Source of the DNA: Raillietiella orientalis | Lineage: Eukaryota | Assembly (NCBI GenBank): GCA_036172245.1 | Contig: JAYWIR010000064.1 | Location: 186,001 to 250,000, forward strand | Direction: 5' to 3' | Length of the DNA: 64,000 nucleotides | Shown here: piece by piece, positions 1-13,899 of the stretch | How positions within the stretch are numbered: position 1 is the first letter of the stretch | Layout: every line of letters begins with the position of its first letter | Notes under the pieces: generated by a model | The model's database searches: none | Told to the model about the DNA's origin: nothing | Seen by the model: the letters and a program-made list of their open reading frames with translations, nothing else | Translations under genes and position numbers: made by a program

Positions 1-335
1 GTAAACAAAAATTCTACAGATGATCAGCAGCTGCGCACCGTGCCCTGCAAACATTACTCACATCATGATTAGGGTCACCTAGGTGTTCTCTTTGAACTGT
101 GTTGTCCTCTTGGGGAGATTCTGTTCCTAGATTCTAGGATCTGCGAAGCTGTGGACGCATGTTTGAAACTGGCTATGAGGCTCCCCCCAAGAAAATCTGG
201 CACTGGCTGACCTATGATTGATCTCAGCCGTGGGAAACGTTTCAAGAGAAAAGGCGATTTCTTGACATGAGTCAAAAAACCGCTGCTCAGTGTGTGATCA
301 TCATCGATGGTTGAACCTTTGTTCACGTGCATCTT
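1..335 (-). mobile_element. LINE (L1/Tx1-like) reverse transcriptase remnant
   Basis: ORF 75..332 has FLLKRFPRLRSIIGQPVPDFLGGSLI, resembling the non-LTR RT motif LA.RL...L..II...Q..F..GR.I; degraded. Confidence 0.45.
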
Positions 336-1049
336 CCTTCAAAGACGGAAATCCTATCTCGAGGGCTGATGCATTCGACTTTATACTCGCTATCTCTCGA
401 TAATTAATTTTTACTGCAGTCTATAATCATAACAGTTCAGTTCTATTGGATTAGTAAGATTAGTAGGAAGCGTGGGATTACACGATCGTTGAGAGGCGAA
501 TGAATTATTTCTGGAAGAATGCAAAATTCTACACTTCTATCAAATATTCAGCCATGAGGAACGAATGACGCAATTTAACTCAAAATTCATGCGCTGCTCA
601 AGCGATACCATCTTTACTCCAGCTGTAAGCTAAGAGGAAGCACGAGTCTGATGGTATGAGAATGAGATGTTTCCATGGTAGCGAATTCTCCCTTTTGATG
701 AATACAATCTGGAGAAAGCTATAAATTGGTGGGAATGTAAAAGAGATTGATAGGCAGCTAGTGAAACGTTTTATTCAAACCCATGCAAAGCATCCTTCCT
801 CGCAGCCATTGAGTCTACTGCCCCGTTTCGTATTTTGACTTGACATGTGCTAGACTTGAAAGCAAAATAGGATTTCACTTCTGTACAGTCCCAAAACCAA
901 GCTGCGGTTACACACAGTAATAATGACTTCCGAATCCATAAAACTCTACAGTTTCGCTAATCAGTCGGCGGTTTTATCAAAAACCTATGATTTCCTGATC
1001 ACGAGATTGCTTACAACAACGGAACCAGCAGAAGAATTGCGAGATAAGG

Positions 1050-1500
1050 GGCTCAAACGAAGTCATCCGGTATCGGAGAACTTGGTTTCAGCTTTCGATA
1101 ACACCAGATTCCATGGCTACTAAGTAATAGAAATCCTGCTCTCGAGAAAGCGCCCCCTTCCCCCCCCCCCCCAAAAAAAAAAAAAGAAAGATAGAAAGGA
1201 AGGAGGGAAGGAAGGAAGCAAAAACACGGGGAAGGAGAATCGACTCGATCTCGGTCGCTTGGCATATCCGGCAATCAAGGAAAGCTTCACATATAGATTG
1301 CAGCCGTCTATCGAAGGCAAACCAAGGGGGCATTGGACGGAATCTCTCAAGAGATCGCAGCATCCATTCTAGCTTGACATTGCGACAAAGTTGTCTGTCT
1401 CCCGAGAAGAAGGCACTCTGATCCTAACGTCCAGGAACCACAAATTTTTGAGCGTTCAACGGAAACTTGAATGACTCATTGCGAAGTGTGGAGCATCAAG
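1050..1500 (-). mobile_element. Ty3/gypsy integrase N-terminal remnant
   Basis: ORF 1088..1363 PPWFAFDRRLQSICEAFLDCRICQATE resembles the integrase Zn-finger WP....D...V..C..CQ; interrupted by C and A homopolymers. Confidence 0.4.
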
Positions 1501-2149
1501 ATATTTGACTCCTAAAGAAAACTCGATCACCCGAGTCGAAGATATTCAAACTTGAAGGAGAATTTCGTTTTTGCCTTTTTGCTTTGCTGACAGCACAAAG
1601 ACCGATATTGTCAGAGTCTAAAAAAAACATGGCTACCATAACGAGCGGGAAGAGGACTCCGATTTTTTTTTGTGTGTGTATTCAAATGACTTTTGAAACC
1701 TCACATCCAACACATTTTTGTGACCTATAAAGGCAGGGTTTTTCCAAACGGCGGAATCTAAATCTAATCTAAATCTACAATATCTGTAAGAAAACAAATT
1801 TTGTTGGTAGTCGTATCTGTTAGCTTGCTTCTTACAACGTCACCAATGGAATAGCTCTATGCTTATGAGACCTTGGAAACCAATCAGACAGGAATAAGTC
1901 TAAAGATTCTTGCAGATGGTTTCTTATCATTCTTCAAGCACTTCGTTGTTGCGTCTAAGACTTCAGAGGGGTTTTCCCATCTTGATGTTTTTTTTTTTTT
2001 CTCTCTCTCTGAGGCAGAGAGAAGAAACCAGCATTCGTTACGTAGATATTTAGCTTTTCCCGAAATGTCTGGAATTGGGCTCCTTCACGAGGAGGGAGGA
2101 AGTCCCGCAGTGAGTGGCTTTCATGCACACATTTGCAACAGAATTGCTA

Positions 2150-4100
2150 ATTCTGCGTTATTTCAACGAAAAGGAGAAAAATGGCCCGCCCATGCGTAGA
2201 GCTTGCGGTGTCGAGTCGACAGATGCTGCCGAAACACTTCGGCAACCCGTTTCCTACATCCTGCTTATCTGGAACACTGTGACACCTTCGAATCTCGCAA
2301 GCATCCGACGCTTGCCTTTTCTTTTCGGAATATTTCTGGAGCAGTTGCTTCCGGGACTTGAGCGTTCACTTTACGGACCATTCCACTTTCTCTGGCAGAT
2401 GGGATGGTTCCTGCTCTTACTTGAAACTTCGTTGAACAGTTTCAGCCTCCCCCCTTATCTGGCGATCCTCGACGTTTCCAGCAGTTTCGTCGGAAAAATC
2501 ACACACTCGAGCAAACGCACCCCTTGCAAGATCGCTCGGAGTGAGGAATGAATTCCGTTCGTTCAGTCAATAGTCGGCTGCGTTTCCCACTGCTGAGACA
2601 ATCCGTCGGCCGATCTCCACAACCACGGACTTTCAAGGAATTCACGGGCTCCTGAAAAATCTTCACCCATTTTCAACAACTCCCTTCCACTTACCATCCG
2701 ACGTGATGCGGGAGGAAAAATTCCCGACGTGAGTCAGATCTCGTTTCGTTCAGCGTCCCGAGCATGCGAATGGTGTAATGAATAAATAAGGTGATTTGAA
2801 GCAGGGATGAACACCCCTAGCGACAACGGCTAACCGTCCAGCTGACTCTCTTCTCATTCCACAGGACGCGAGAAAAACCTAGAGGCTTAAACGTGAACAC
2901 ACCCCAATGCAATCTCTCTCCAGTCGCCACATATCATTGAGAGTAGTCCTTGCTGCTGCTGAAAAAGCTGTCTTGTTCGAAACAACCCGTCCTTCTGTAC
3001 CATCAGAATGCAAGGGAAGTACCCGTTTTCCAATCTTTGCTCTTCTCAAAGTTCATGTTCCCCGGAGAAAACCGTTGGCCTTGACCTGAGGAATGGTCGA
3101 AAAACTTGCCCAGAAGTAATGCTCTTTCCCTCGTCATCAGGATGAATAGCGTTCATCGTATTGTGAGAAAAAAAAAAAGATAGAAAAGAGAAGAAAAGAA
3201 AAGAAAAGGGGGGGGGGGTGGATAAAGAGCTGATCCTCTCTGAAAGCCGAGGATTTGTCAGGAGAGCTGCAACAAATGAGTGCCTTAGAAACGATGAAAG
3301 TCGCGAGGAAGCGGGAAACTTCGAGCTGACCACCAGTCCTCCTAACTGAAATCCAACTGGACTTAATTCGAACTGAACTGTTCCCGCGCCCACTCGACGT
3401 TTCGGGAACTTCGATTTCAGTCCGAATGCAAAGTGTCGACTTGAATGAACCTCGGAGTCTTCGTGAACGGTTGTCTTTCTACGCGACTCTATCACTGCCA
3501 TCAGACACTGAGTGAATTCGGTGGACGCCTGAGGGTTTCAAGCCATACGGCATATCTCACTCTTGCTCTTAGCGTGCAGGAAGGGAGCACGGACGACACA
3601 GATATTCGTCATCCTTACTGTTTCTCATCGGAAATCATCACATTTCGAAGGTCTCCTTCCTCCTGCTGACGAATCTCTGAGAGAACCACAAGCAGTTCCT
3701 CGCTGCTGTATCATTTTGATAACATAATCGTGTTCCTTGATGATCCTGAAGTTTGTGATGTATTCAAGTTTCCAGTGAGAATTAATTTATGGATTTCATC
3801 AATTTCCCTCTTCAGAAATAAATGGGTGCTAGAAATGTGAACTGCAGGAGATCAAAGTTTCCATGCAGAAGGGATCCTGCAGGGAGGAGAATGGAAGTCT
3901 ACAATCTGCTGAAGCCTTCGTATTTCATCTGTCACGTAATGTCCAATCGATACACATGCAGCACAGAAAATCACGTAATGGCTTAAATTCCTTTTCAAAT
4001 AATTGCAAGCTTTACAGATGAAGCAGAATTCCTTTTCGCATGATCGTTTGCAAAGATGCATGCGTTGGAAGCAAAGATCCCTACGTCTCTCTTCCAATAG
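2150..4100 (-). mobile_element. Ty1/copia gag-protease-integrase remnant
   Basis: Minus-strand ghosts in copia order: protease-like EDSEVHSSRHFAFG (~3450), ELLKMGEDFSG (cf. ELVH.D..GP, ~2670), PDKGE and NG...ER (cf. SD.GGE, QNG..ER, ~2370-2465); many stops and frameshifts. Confidence 0.45.
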
Positions 4101-4156
4101 AGAACGAAACTGTGTTTTCAGGCCTTTTTTTCCCGACGATCAGTGAGTCAAAGATC

Positions 4157-4160
<4 letters not shown>

Positions 4161-4191
<31 letters not shown>
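4161..4191 (+). repeat. poly(A) 31-mer
   Basis: Directly visible; longest homopolymer I saw in the window. Confidence 0.95.
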
Positions 4192-4192
<1 letters not shown>

Positions 4193-5349
4193 CAGAAATG
4201 AATTCCGTCCAGAAGGTAACGAAACGAACATATGAAAGCAATTGCACCTCTTTACAAGAAATCAAGAACCAAGTGTCGAATCGCATTTGCTTTGGAAATT
4301 TATTCCAAAGGAAAGTACTGTGATTTATAGTGTTTGTTTTCTTCATTCGGCTCCGAAATAGATCACAGCCCAAGCCCATCTATTCTTTTTTCTTTTTTTT
4401 TTGCTTTATCGTATTATGAACTCCTTGGAGGAATGACTGACCAATCCCACAGCGCAATACGGGACTGTACTCTGAGAATTCCCACAGCCCAAGAACAGTG
4501 CGGCGATTCACGTTGGTAGGATAGTTTCAAACATGTGCTTTGGGTTACTCGGCAACAACACATCTGCCTACTGAAAGTGATTTAGCATCAAACGAGAGGA
4601 GTTGTAGCTGCTTAGTACACTGCTCACCCAGTTCTTCGGCTTCTCAAGAGTAAGGTAAGTGGAACTTCCAGAAGCTTTCCGCTGTTGAGCTTTGTTGGCA
4701 TAGCGACCGAGCACCCGATTTATCTTCATCCCATTTTTTTTTTCATCCGGGCAGTTCACAGGGGTTGTTGTTTTTCGAGAAGTCTTTTGTTCTGTAAATG
4801 GAGCAATACATTCTTTCTCGGGTTATAGTTTGGGAGCTAATGTAATTTACCGAAAAGGATTTTTCATTTAGGGAGTTGCGTAGCTATAGATTTTAAGACA
4901 CCAGCGCAGCTTTCATCTGCTTCCAAAGCCTCGTCCGTTCCATGTGCCTCTTCTAAGCATGACCGGATGGACATGACTAAGAATGTCGTGAATTGCCGTC
5001 GTTTCTCGAGCCTTCGTGTTTGATTTCCCCAGATTTTACTGTTCCGAGAATTTTTCTCCAGAATTTTTTTTTTTTTCTACCCAAGGAAATGTAGACACAA
5101 AAGGAAGATTTTCCTTCCATGAAATCGTGTGCATCATGGTCTTGTGATTCATTCTCGAAGGTTTCGGGACAGTGGTCTGAACGCGCACCAAAAGTGTTCC
5201 GTGCTCTCCCTGTTTTTCAGTAAAGGGTACGAAGAGAGAAACTCTTGCAGTGTTTCCACATCCACTTCGACCGCTTCAAAACCATCCCGTCGAGTCGGAT
5301 TTCAGACCTGCACGCGTTTTTGCCTTGCTTGGAAAACCCTTGGAGCTGC

Positions 5350-5830
5350 ACCGAGTTTTTGCACTTTGAGTTCCCAGCCTGAGCAGCTATAAGTGTGCGC
5401 GTAGGACGAGGCAAAGTAATGAGCAGTTTAGCAAACGCACTGTCAAGTGGTACATTGAAATATATGCGTATATGTACGTGCACGCAAGGATCGCTGGGTT
5501 TCGAACAATCGACCAGTTTCGTTTAATAGTTTGGAATGATCCAGAACATCACTGGTCGGATGGCTGGGCAGTGGTCGTATACATGCTCTTTAGACCTTCC
5601 CGTGGAAATAAGCAAACTTGGAAAACTGCCACTCTTTCGATTTTGCAAAACGGACTTAGCGTGATGGCGCCATGAAGATGACGCAATCAGTTTATGGTAT
5701 TTGCGAGTGAGCTGCCGAAAATGCAAAGGATTTATAGGAATCGTGTTTGATCGGGATAAGTACTCCGATCCGTGCAGAAACAAGATGGCTGATGGCAAGT
5801 GGGCTGTTTGGGATGCAGTGAATGATCAGG
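5350..5830 (+). mobile_element. Ty3/gypsy RNase H-integrase remnant
   Basis: GKVMSSLANALS (cf. PGK.N..ADALSR) at ~5410-5447, GIVFDRDK (cf. IVSDRD) at ~5737-5760, then ADGK (cf. TDGQ). Confidence 0.5.
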
Positions 5831-7349
5831 GATACCACTTCAATGAGTGAAAATTGATTGGAATTTCAGGCGCCCAAGCAAAGTAACGAATACGTATGAT
5901 ATTGCAGTCCTGAAGGTTTGTTTGATCCGCGTCTAATCCCGTGGCACAGCTTCATTGAAACTGATGTCACATTTTTTCACTATTCCCGGAGAGGAACTGT
6001 TCCTCCTGGACACCTAGTTGCAGCAGAAATCCATTGACGGAAGGGAAAAGTAAATCTCTGAGGCATGTTGTTTTCCACAACTCCCCATTCTGTTTCTGTG
6101 GGGAGAACATTTGAAACCGACCACGGAGTTACTCGTCGGATTGCGGCATATCACGTTGGATTTCGTCAACTTTGTCTTCTCAATTTCCTCCGGTGGGTGC
6201 ATCTTAGCAAAGCCACGTGTATCTCTGCTTCGGTCTTCGTTTCCGGGTTTCTTGAGAGCTCAAGCTTCGAGTACATTTTTTTCTTTTCTCTCTCTCTTAC
6301 TTCACAGGTCTTCTCCGTTGGGTGCACTCGAGAGTCGTGTGAATTGGTCTGCCTCATTATCTGTCTTTCCTTCGAATCGAACAGTGATTTTGGCTGATAT
6401 TCTTCAATAGACGCTTTCGGCAATTTCCACGGTTGGATATGTTTGTTCTCCTGAGAGTTCAGGAAGTTAGGAAGTGTGATTTATCTGTGGAAGTGAGTTT
6501 ATGGAGGCTGAAAGAGAAACATACCATGCCGTGTACCCTTGCTCTCCTCTGTGTTCTCACCCCGACTTTGACAGGATTCCCACTATTCCATATGTGCGCG
6601 CGCCTCCATGCTAAACGCTTCCAGCCTCTTCATCTGTGATCGACACTCCTTTGAATGCTAGGAATTTCTCGTTCTTAGATCGATCACAAAGGATCAGCTT
6701 TCTTTCATCGTTCTCCGCCTCTGCTGCTTCTGCTCCCCAAGGAATGCTACAGAAGCTATTAAAAAAAATTGGTTTCTCAAAACGTTTTCACCAACGCTGT
6801 GAATCGATCGGATCCTCTGCAACCTCTGATTAGAAGAAGAGGATGGATTTAAGTTGATAAAAATCCTAACACAATGCCGACTAACTTCCTTAGATGCTGA
6901 CGTGGGAGTCTTCCGTCCACCAGTCTAGACTCTTTGACTTTTGTTCAACAGTACCTCTATACAGTGTTTTGAACATCCTGCGGATGCCTGTGCAAATAGT
7001 TAAATGTTTCAATTTGTACTTTCAAGATTGGCAGCTCAACACAAGTGCACTCATTGTTGGTGTGTTGTTTCAGTGTCGAGTTTTATTCCCGGCTCTTGTG
7101 CTCTTACAATTGCTTATGATGTCCTCATCCCATACTATATGATCCTAGAACCCCTTCCCATCCTCGCAGAAATCTATGACAAAAGTTTCGAACGTACCTG
7201 CAAGAAATATTCATTCGTAGAGGAAAGTGGAAAAAGCTTTCCGCACCTCCTCAGATTGTTTCCTGCTTTTCGAGATGGAATTACTGCCACACCAAATGAT
7301 GCACATATTTTTATTTATTTTTTCTAAAAAGAGGTTTTATCTCAGCGAG

Positions 7350-8950
7350 TGGTCACAGCGTTTCACACACCTAAGAAATGAAGACTAATTGAATTCACTG
7401 TTCTGTGGCATACCTTCGAACAGTTACTCCCCGAATAGTTGCTCAAAATTCCTTCTTCATCCGGTGTTTTCTCTGGATAAAGCAAGGTCATCAGAGATCG
7501 AGAAAAACACGCCAGCAGGTGGAACTTCAAAAACCGGTTTCTTCCGATGACACCTGGAGTAACCATCTTTGGCTGTATTTCCATTCAAGTGAGAGGAACG
7601 GTATCGGTGAGCGCTGCTCCATTTGTCTGACCGTTCCTTGCATGGAAGGATTCTTGGATACTTGATCTCACTTCTCCTCTGAGAGAAAAGGACCCCTTCA
7701 AGTGTTTGCAATCCTTTCCCTCTTCTCCCATTCCGGAGTGGATGCCTTGATTGAAGATTGCCAGGACCGGATTCTGCTCTTGGAGGCGTCCTACAAGTCC
7801 CTTAATCCGTGAAGTCTTGCCCCCTTTCAATGAGGATAAAAAAAAAATGAAAGGGAAGCCTTCGATTCTCTTCTGAGAAATCAAGGATCTCTTGTGGCAG
7901 TGGCCTCGCACGAGTCTTCCTTCCATGAGGAACGACGGAAGCGTTCAGGGGAAGTAGACACGGCGTGGCCAAACGAGAAGCCGATAAGAAGCCGTTCAGG
8001 GAGCCTCTACAGTTTGGTTTCGTCCTGTCACACGAGAAAGAAAGAGCGACCTTCTAAGGAATTGTCCATCATGTTCTCGAAAAAGCAGATCCAGAATCTG
8101 GAAGATTCAGAATCTTTCAAGAGAGGACCTCCGAAACACTGGGATGTTTCACGAGCACGAGGTTCCCATCAAAGAAAGGGGGTTGACGGAAAAATGGAAG
8201 CGAGAGATTCCATCATCTCCTGCCCCTGTCGATTTATGCTCATGAAACGGTTGCTATGATGCTTGAGGGTTCGTTTGTTACAGGCAGCGCCCACCTGATG
8301 CTTCCCATACGTACCCGAGAGTGTTGAATTTCCTCTTGCTATTTCCTCTCTGATGTACGCCTCCTGACTCTTGGGAGGTTCGGTACTTGGTCGTTAGCCA
8401 AATCCCAGGGATCCAACGACGATTTCTTTTAGAAAGTTGTGGGCCCTTCTTTGGAGACGAAGTGGAGATCCATTTTTCCAAATTTGCTTTTTTTTCTTTT
8501 ACTAGCGTCGTTGCTGAGTACTCGTAGGGGCAAATGATATCCACTTTTCTTATTATGACCTGCAGCCATCTGGCCGTAGCTAATGTCACTTTCTGGCAAA
8601 CCGACCCGTGAATGTGTCAAAAACGTGAACAGCAGGGCAGTGCATGTGCAGAGCACTCAATGCAAAAGGTGGCACCACTTGGGGAAAAGAGTTCTTCCCT
8701 TTTTTAGGCAATCCTCGAAGAAAGTTCAGGAAGCTCTCACCAAGAACTTCTCGCGGTGCACGGCGATCTTTGTCGGAAGTTCTTTCCATCGAGGCCTGCA
8801 GCCTTCTCATTCTTCCGGTAAAACAAAGCACTTCCAACGCAGAGAGGACTTCCCTTGTTGCTTGCTGTCTTTGTTTCCATTTAGCCATCTCAACCGCTTC
8901 TGATCTCATTCGTTAGGGCCAAAAACCACAAAGAGAACTCTGAAAAGTGC
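7350..8950 (-). mobile_element. LINE (L1/Tx1-like) ORF2 remnant: endonuclease + RT
   Basis: Ordered ghosts: SFLNFLRGLPKK (cf. SWNVRGL), DIICPY..RWIPG (cf. NVYAP..W..GDFN), MEGRLVRG (cf. F..GR.I.D), GSFSLRGEVRS (cf. F...RGVRQG), SISDDLAL (cf. YADD). Confidence 0.6.
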
Positions 8951-10199
8951 AGCTGCTCTGCTTCAGTGTCTTTCTTGCTAACGTGTGAGGATCTTTTCAC
9001 ACTAAGGGTTCCGTGTAGCGGTGCGCAATGCACCATTTACCGTCGAGGCTCATTGATTGCACATCCCGAAATTTTCTCCCTCCTTCTTCTTTGTTTCAGC
9101 AGACTTTCTTTCGGTGCTGCGAAGGTTGCGGAAGGTTTTTCTCAAACGTAGCATCTGTTGGGCAACTTGTCCAAGAATCACATTCCCAGTATGTAATCGG
9201 GAAGCTTGGCCACTGCTGTCATTGACGATGTAAAAGTGACACTGGATCCAGCTCCATTCTTTCGTTTCTTCCTCAACCAAGTCGCATTCCCGAGTGATGA
9301 AGCAGATGGATTTTTTCACGCACCTGAATTGCGGCTCTAGAAAGCTCTTACTTCCGCCCCGGGCGCACTTTTGATTCCATTCTGCGAGATTGTCTGCGGT
9401 GTCACTTGAGGATTGCTATTGCCTCCGGGGCTTTGAACATCAGGTAATCCTTTCCTGGCAATAAACAGCCAGAGGATGATACTCAGATTCCAGTCATACA
9501 GAAGCGTATTCCTTTTATTGCTAGAGCAATATTTGTATAACCTTCTTGAAGTGTTCTACAGTTATGGAGGTTCAGGTTTTATTAGCTAGCAGTCGCGGAT
9601 CCTAGGGCCCACTTGAAGGGACGGCAGGATTTATAGGGAGCTCCAGCAGACATTTGCAGCGCATTCGAAGGCGTCGGGCGCAGGGGACACCAGGGGATTC
9701 TGTCATGTGGTGAAGTGAAATCCTCGCAAATCCAGAAAATTAATCCTTATCAGTGTTCTCGGTTTTCAAAAGGGAGGCTGAGTCAATGGTCTTTGGGTGA
9801 GCCTTTCCTTCGACTGTTGGAGAACACGATTTGCTGTTTCACAGCTGATTTCAGCCAACAGAATTAGTCGAGCGTGTTTCCGATCTGAAGACTTCACAAA
9901 ATTCCTATTTTGTGGAAACGAATCTAAAAATCCCAGAATCAAAGCACTTGCGGAAGCTTTGCGCCAAGGGACTCGCATCCTGTGACGTGATCACGTCGTT
10001 TTGTGTGCTTGCAGCTGTGAACTCGAGTGGTTCAAGACCGTGAGCTACGTACGTATCCCATCCACGTTTCCACGCAAAATGACGTGGGCATACGCTTGTG
10101 TGAATAGTCGAGCACCTGGAAGTGGGTGCGTATACCCTCAATACACACACACAAAAAAAAATTCGCTCCATGCCTGATTTCTCCAAGATGCATTTCTGT

Positions 10200-10650
10200 C
10201 ATTAAGATAAGCTCAGCGCTTTACGAGCTCGCAACTACGAATTAGATCTCACCGAATGGACCTGTGCCGAACACTCTTTCGAAAATCTTTCGTGTTTCCA
10301 GATACTCAAACCGGGAGTCTCTGAAAGATATTCGGCATCAGAGGTGAAGAGAAAGGTGATGAATCGTTGCTGTTAATTTGGAGTAAGCCATTTCCTGTAT
10401 TATGGGAACAGGAAAATCAAATTTCACATTTTTGAATCCTTCCAACCAATTGGCACTCACGAAACCTACGCGGCTGCACCAGACATCTAAAGCAAGGCAC
10501 GCACACAGGCATCCGATAGAAAGGGTTTCCCCCTCTGAGGCGGATGTTCTCTTCGGGCAAGCATGCATCTCTAGACTTCGCACTCTGCTGCTTGGCACTG
10601 GGGTTCTACTTGGAGGTGCAGAAGTTGCAGCTGCAATTCTTTGCCTCTTG
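10200..10650 (+). mobile_element. Ty1/copia RNase H remnant
   Basis: LIWSK (cf. ISW.SKKQ) then NPSNQLALTKPTRLHQTSKARHAHRHPIERV (cf. DNQSAIALA.NP..H.R.KHI..R.H.IRE). Confidence 0.45.
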
Positions 10651-11033
10651 GCTTTGCTCAGACGGGAGAGCAGATCCACCTTCTTTCAAAAGCAGTGAGA
10701 CTTTTGCGTGCCGTTTCACCTACCAGCAGTGTCGGGCATCAACGACGCTAAAGAAACGCCTATCAAATTCATTCTCTATTTTCTATTCATTGCTTTCGCC
10801 GAGCCCTCCTCTTCCGCTCTCCCGAAATCGCGCACTGTTTATTTTTTGGACTGATTGTTCGATCTCCGAGATGTGTTCGAAATTTCCGCTTCGCAATCCG
10901 AATTTCCCACCTGAATGCTGGCAAGGTTGTTCCAACGAAGGAACGTTCTTGAATAAAATGAGAAACCTTCGATCGAACAAAAGGGGAGCTCCTGGAATGA
11001 ACCGGCGTCGAGAATGGATGATTGAAGGAATAT

Positions 11034-11071
11034 GAGAGATGTAGGATTAACAGAGAGATGTAGGATTAACA
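11034..11071. repeat. Perfect 19-bp tandem duplication GAGAGATGTAGGATTAACA x2
   Basis: Directly visible: 11034-11052 and 11053-11071. Confidence 0.95.
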
Positions 11072-11249
11072 GGAATTGAACTGCTGGAAGACGCTTAATG
11101 GGAATTTCATTAAAGCGCCGTTCTCCTGAATGTACAAGATTGTATTCTGTGTAGTGAGCACGAGGAATCATCTCAAACCGGTTGAGCAGCACTCCGAGCT
11201 TGACAGAACAAGCTGCTATAAATACAAGCTGCTGCTGTTTCTTTGGTTG

Positions 11250-11900
11250 TTGCTGTGGTGGGGGGTGGGTCAGTAACGAGTTTGTACATTACACCTTTCG
11301 AGTGATTCCAAGAGTCTGCTCAAAGGATCTCTACGTGAATTCGGGGAGAAATTTGAAAAGCAGAGATCGAACGCCGTGTCATTCTCATATGAGAACCGCC
11401 GTCCCTTCAGCGGTGTTGAGATTCATCACCTACGTGAATGAGCACCACCATGAATGTCTTATAGATAGCAATTATTCCCTCTCGTTATTCGACAGACCAG
11501 ATTCATGCAAACGCCTTCTAGCACTCACTCCCTTACGACCCTTTCTACACGAGCAGCAGAACCTCTTACACTACCTTTTGATGTGGTACCATGTAAACCA
11601 TTTGGAAACCTCCTGGCTCCATCAGCCGCCCGTTAGCGAAATTTTCCTGAGGAATAAGGGAGGCGTCCGAAACTTCGCAGACTTATCGATGCAACTGCTC
11701 ACCTCGCAGGATCTGGATCTGCGCCCTCGGAGGGGAGCAGAGGGATTGGACTTTTGCTGTTGCAATGAGGCGCGGCTTAAAGTTATCTCGGGCTTGCTCT
11801 TTGTGGATCGTACTGCCATCTCTACTGACTCTGTCCGTTCCATTGCATGGAACTGCAATGAAACGGACACGATTCTACATCTATCTACATCATAGCATCT
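11250..11900 (-). mobile_element. Ty1/copia reverse transcriptase remnant
   Basis: Minus strand: RDGSTIHKEQAR (cf. DG...RYKARLV), MEPGGF (cf. MEQPEGF), VVLIHVGD (cf. LLYVDD). Confidence 0.55.
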
Positions 11901-12449
11901 TTTGCCCGTAGTGTAACCGCAAGCCCGTGCGTCCATAGAGAAAAAAAAGATGGGTTCATTCCCATAATCGATCCGCTCTCGAAAGGCATCTCAAAGGGGA
12001 TTTGAGTATTAAAAATGGAACACGCCGTGCCTCGCCTTCAGGGACGTAGATCAGTACGCATATTCATGCCTCATCCACAGGGGCAGTTTTTGCTTTTCCA
12101 GTTGCTTCCAGAGCTCCTTTCTTCTTACTTCCTTCGCATGAAATCTTCGCAGGAGTTAAAGATCAATCAGAAGTTCTGTCACGCTAGAGACGAGCACACG
12201 TTCGAGCTATAGGTTGTGTGAAAAGAAGCGAACGAAGGTAAAAACGGAGGCGCAATAGCTACGTGTGGTCGACCGAGATTCTTCATAAACAGGGCAACCG
12301 GAAAGCCAGAACCAAAACCCCTCCCACACTGCGCACCTTTTCCCCCGGGGAAAACCGGTCAGCCGCTTCTCTGCGTTTTAATCCTTTGCTTCATTTTCTG
12401 GGAGTGTGAAAGGGAGCGCAAGAGGACGTCTTCCTAGTCCGAGATCGCT

Positions 12450-13030
12450 AAGCGGAAGAAGAACGTGCTCAATTCAGTCGATCGAATCGCTCGAGGACTT
12501 GCCATTCGATGGCCTTGTTGAAGCGATGGTCATGGGTGATGGAATGCAGAGTTCAAATCTTTGACCTTCGTGACAATGGCGCAATTTTCGTAAGGCAACC
12601 TCCAGTCGACTAAGCTGACGCATGCGTCGGCTAAAACATGATGCTGGTCCTCGATTTTTGGATCCATTTCCGCTATTCATTTCCAATTTTGCTGAAGGTA
12701 CGTCAATTCAAAAAACAAAACAAAAAAACTGAAAATCTATTCCCTGGGAATATCGTATTTGAAGTGCTACATGGTCCCTAGAATGGTCCCATTGTTCATC
12801 CTCACAGAGATGCTCAGTCAGAGATGTGGGGCTATCATTTCGAAGAGCTCCCATTTCCTTTCTCTCTGCATGGGAATTCATCCCGTTTTCCCTGTTTCAT
12901 TCTTTGTGAAATTCTTCCTGGAACGGGATTGGATAAAGAATTGAAGATGTCGCCATTTGCAAATTGGATTTTCCAGAGTGCGGGCCTGTACTTCGCCTCA
13001 GTTGGTTTCCAGTAATGTTGTTTAGTTTTC
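12450..13030 (-). mobile_element. Ty3/gypsy RT thumb-RNase H remnant
   Basis: ORF 12474..12686 RLEVALRKLRHCHEGQRFEL (cf. AL..WRHYL.G..F.V). Confidence 0.5.
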
Positions 13031-13899
13031 AATCAGGGAAAAATTGATGTTTCCCGCTGCTGGTACACACACGACGATTTTTTTTCTTCTTATTTTTCCT
13101 CTCGAAGAATGCAGCCTCCATTCTCGACAGTGGTCCACGCATCGCTCGCCCTGCAGTTTGTAAATCCTGCTCTTTCTGTAGTCGCCCTTTTCGTTCGGAG
13201 ACCCTTCCTCGTCCGTCGTAGTAGCCTTGAAGAAAAAATAAAAGAAGGAAAGACGAGTTTGCTCAGAAATCTGGACCGGGGGAAGCCATAAATCTGTTCT
13301 CTCTTCTTCATCAAGGGAGGACCGGCTCGTCTGTCCCGATAAAGTCAAGAACAGAGAGACCATGAGTGATATAATTTGCTAAATCTTACTGCCCGTTATA
13401 ACAAGGACGCTGCTCGTATAAGGAATTCCGTCGTGTTGCAGACAAAAACATAAAGAATGCAGCAATGCACCGAACTGTTGTGTTGGTATCGGCAACAGGA
13501 ATGAGAGAACGAGCCCGAGTGAGCATGCTTTACGGTTATGTAAGCTGTTTGTCATTTCCGGTCCACGGCAGTGCGTCAAAATTAAAAACTGCTTTCCTTC
13601 TTCTTGGGAGGACTTCCGCCATGCAAGCAGGGAGACATGAAAACGCGCATCGGAGCGGTCGCTATGGAAAACCTCGCTGGGAAGATTCAAACTGAAAACG
13701 GGACCAGTAAGCAGCAACCTATGCCAGGCCCTTTTCTTCTCCACATGGGCCATTCCTCTGTAGTCCGCTTGACTGAAGCGGCCGTTCGACAGTGAAACAG
13801 CTCGCGATGAATGAAATCACTGGGCATCCTCGACTTGCCTTCAGGACAGAGCTCGACTTAGGCACCGGACGGGGGACGTGCCTTCCCTTTCAAACTCGT

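Noticed and set aside
9984..10090. 14-bp palindrome GACGTGATCACGTC and a cluster of ACGT cores as an enhancer
   Set aside because: No nearby gene or defined LTR, and short motifs like these are expected by chance in 64 kb.
11182..11895. 237-aa Cys-rich plus-strand ORF as a host gene
   Set aside because: It is antisense to a copia RT ghost, with no recognisable domain or splice support.
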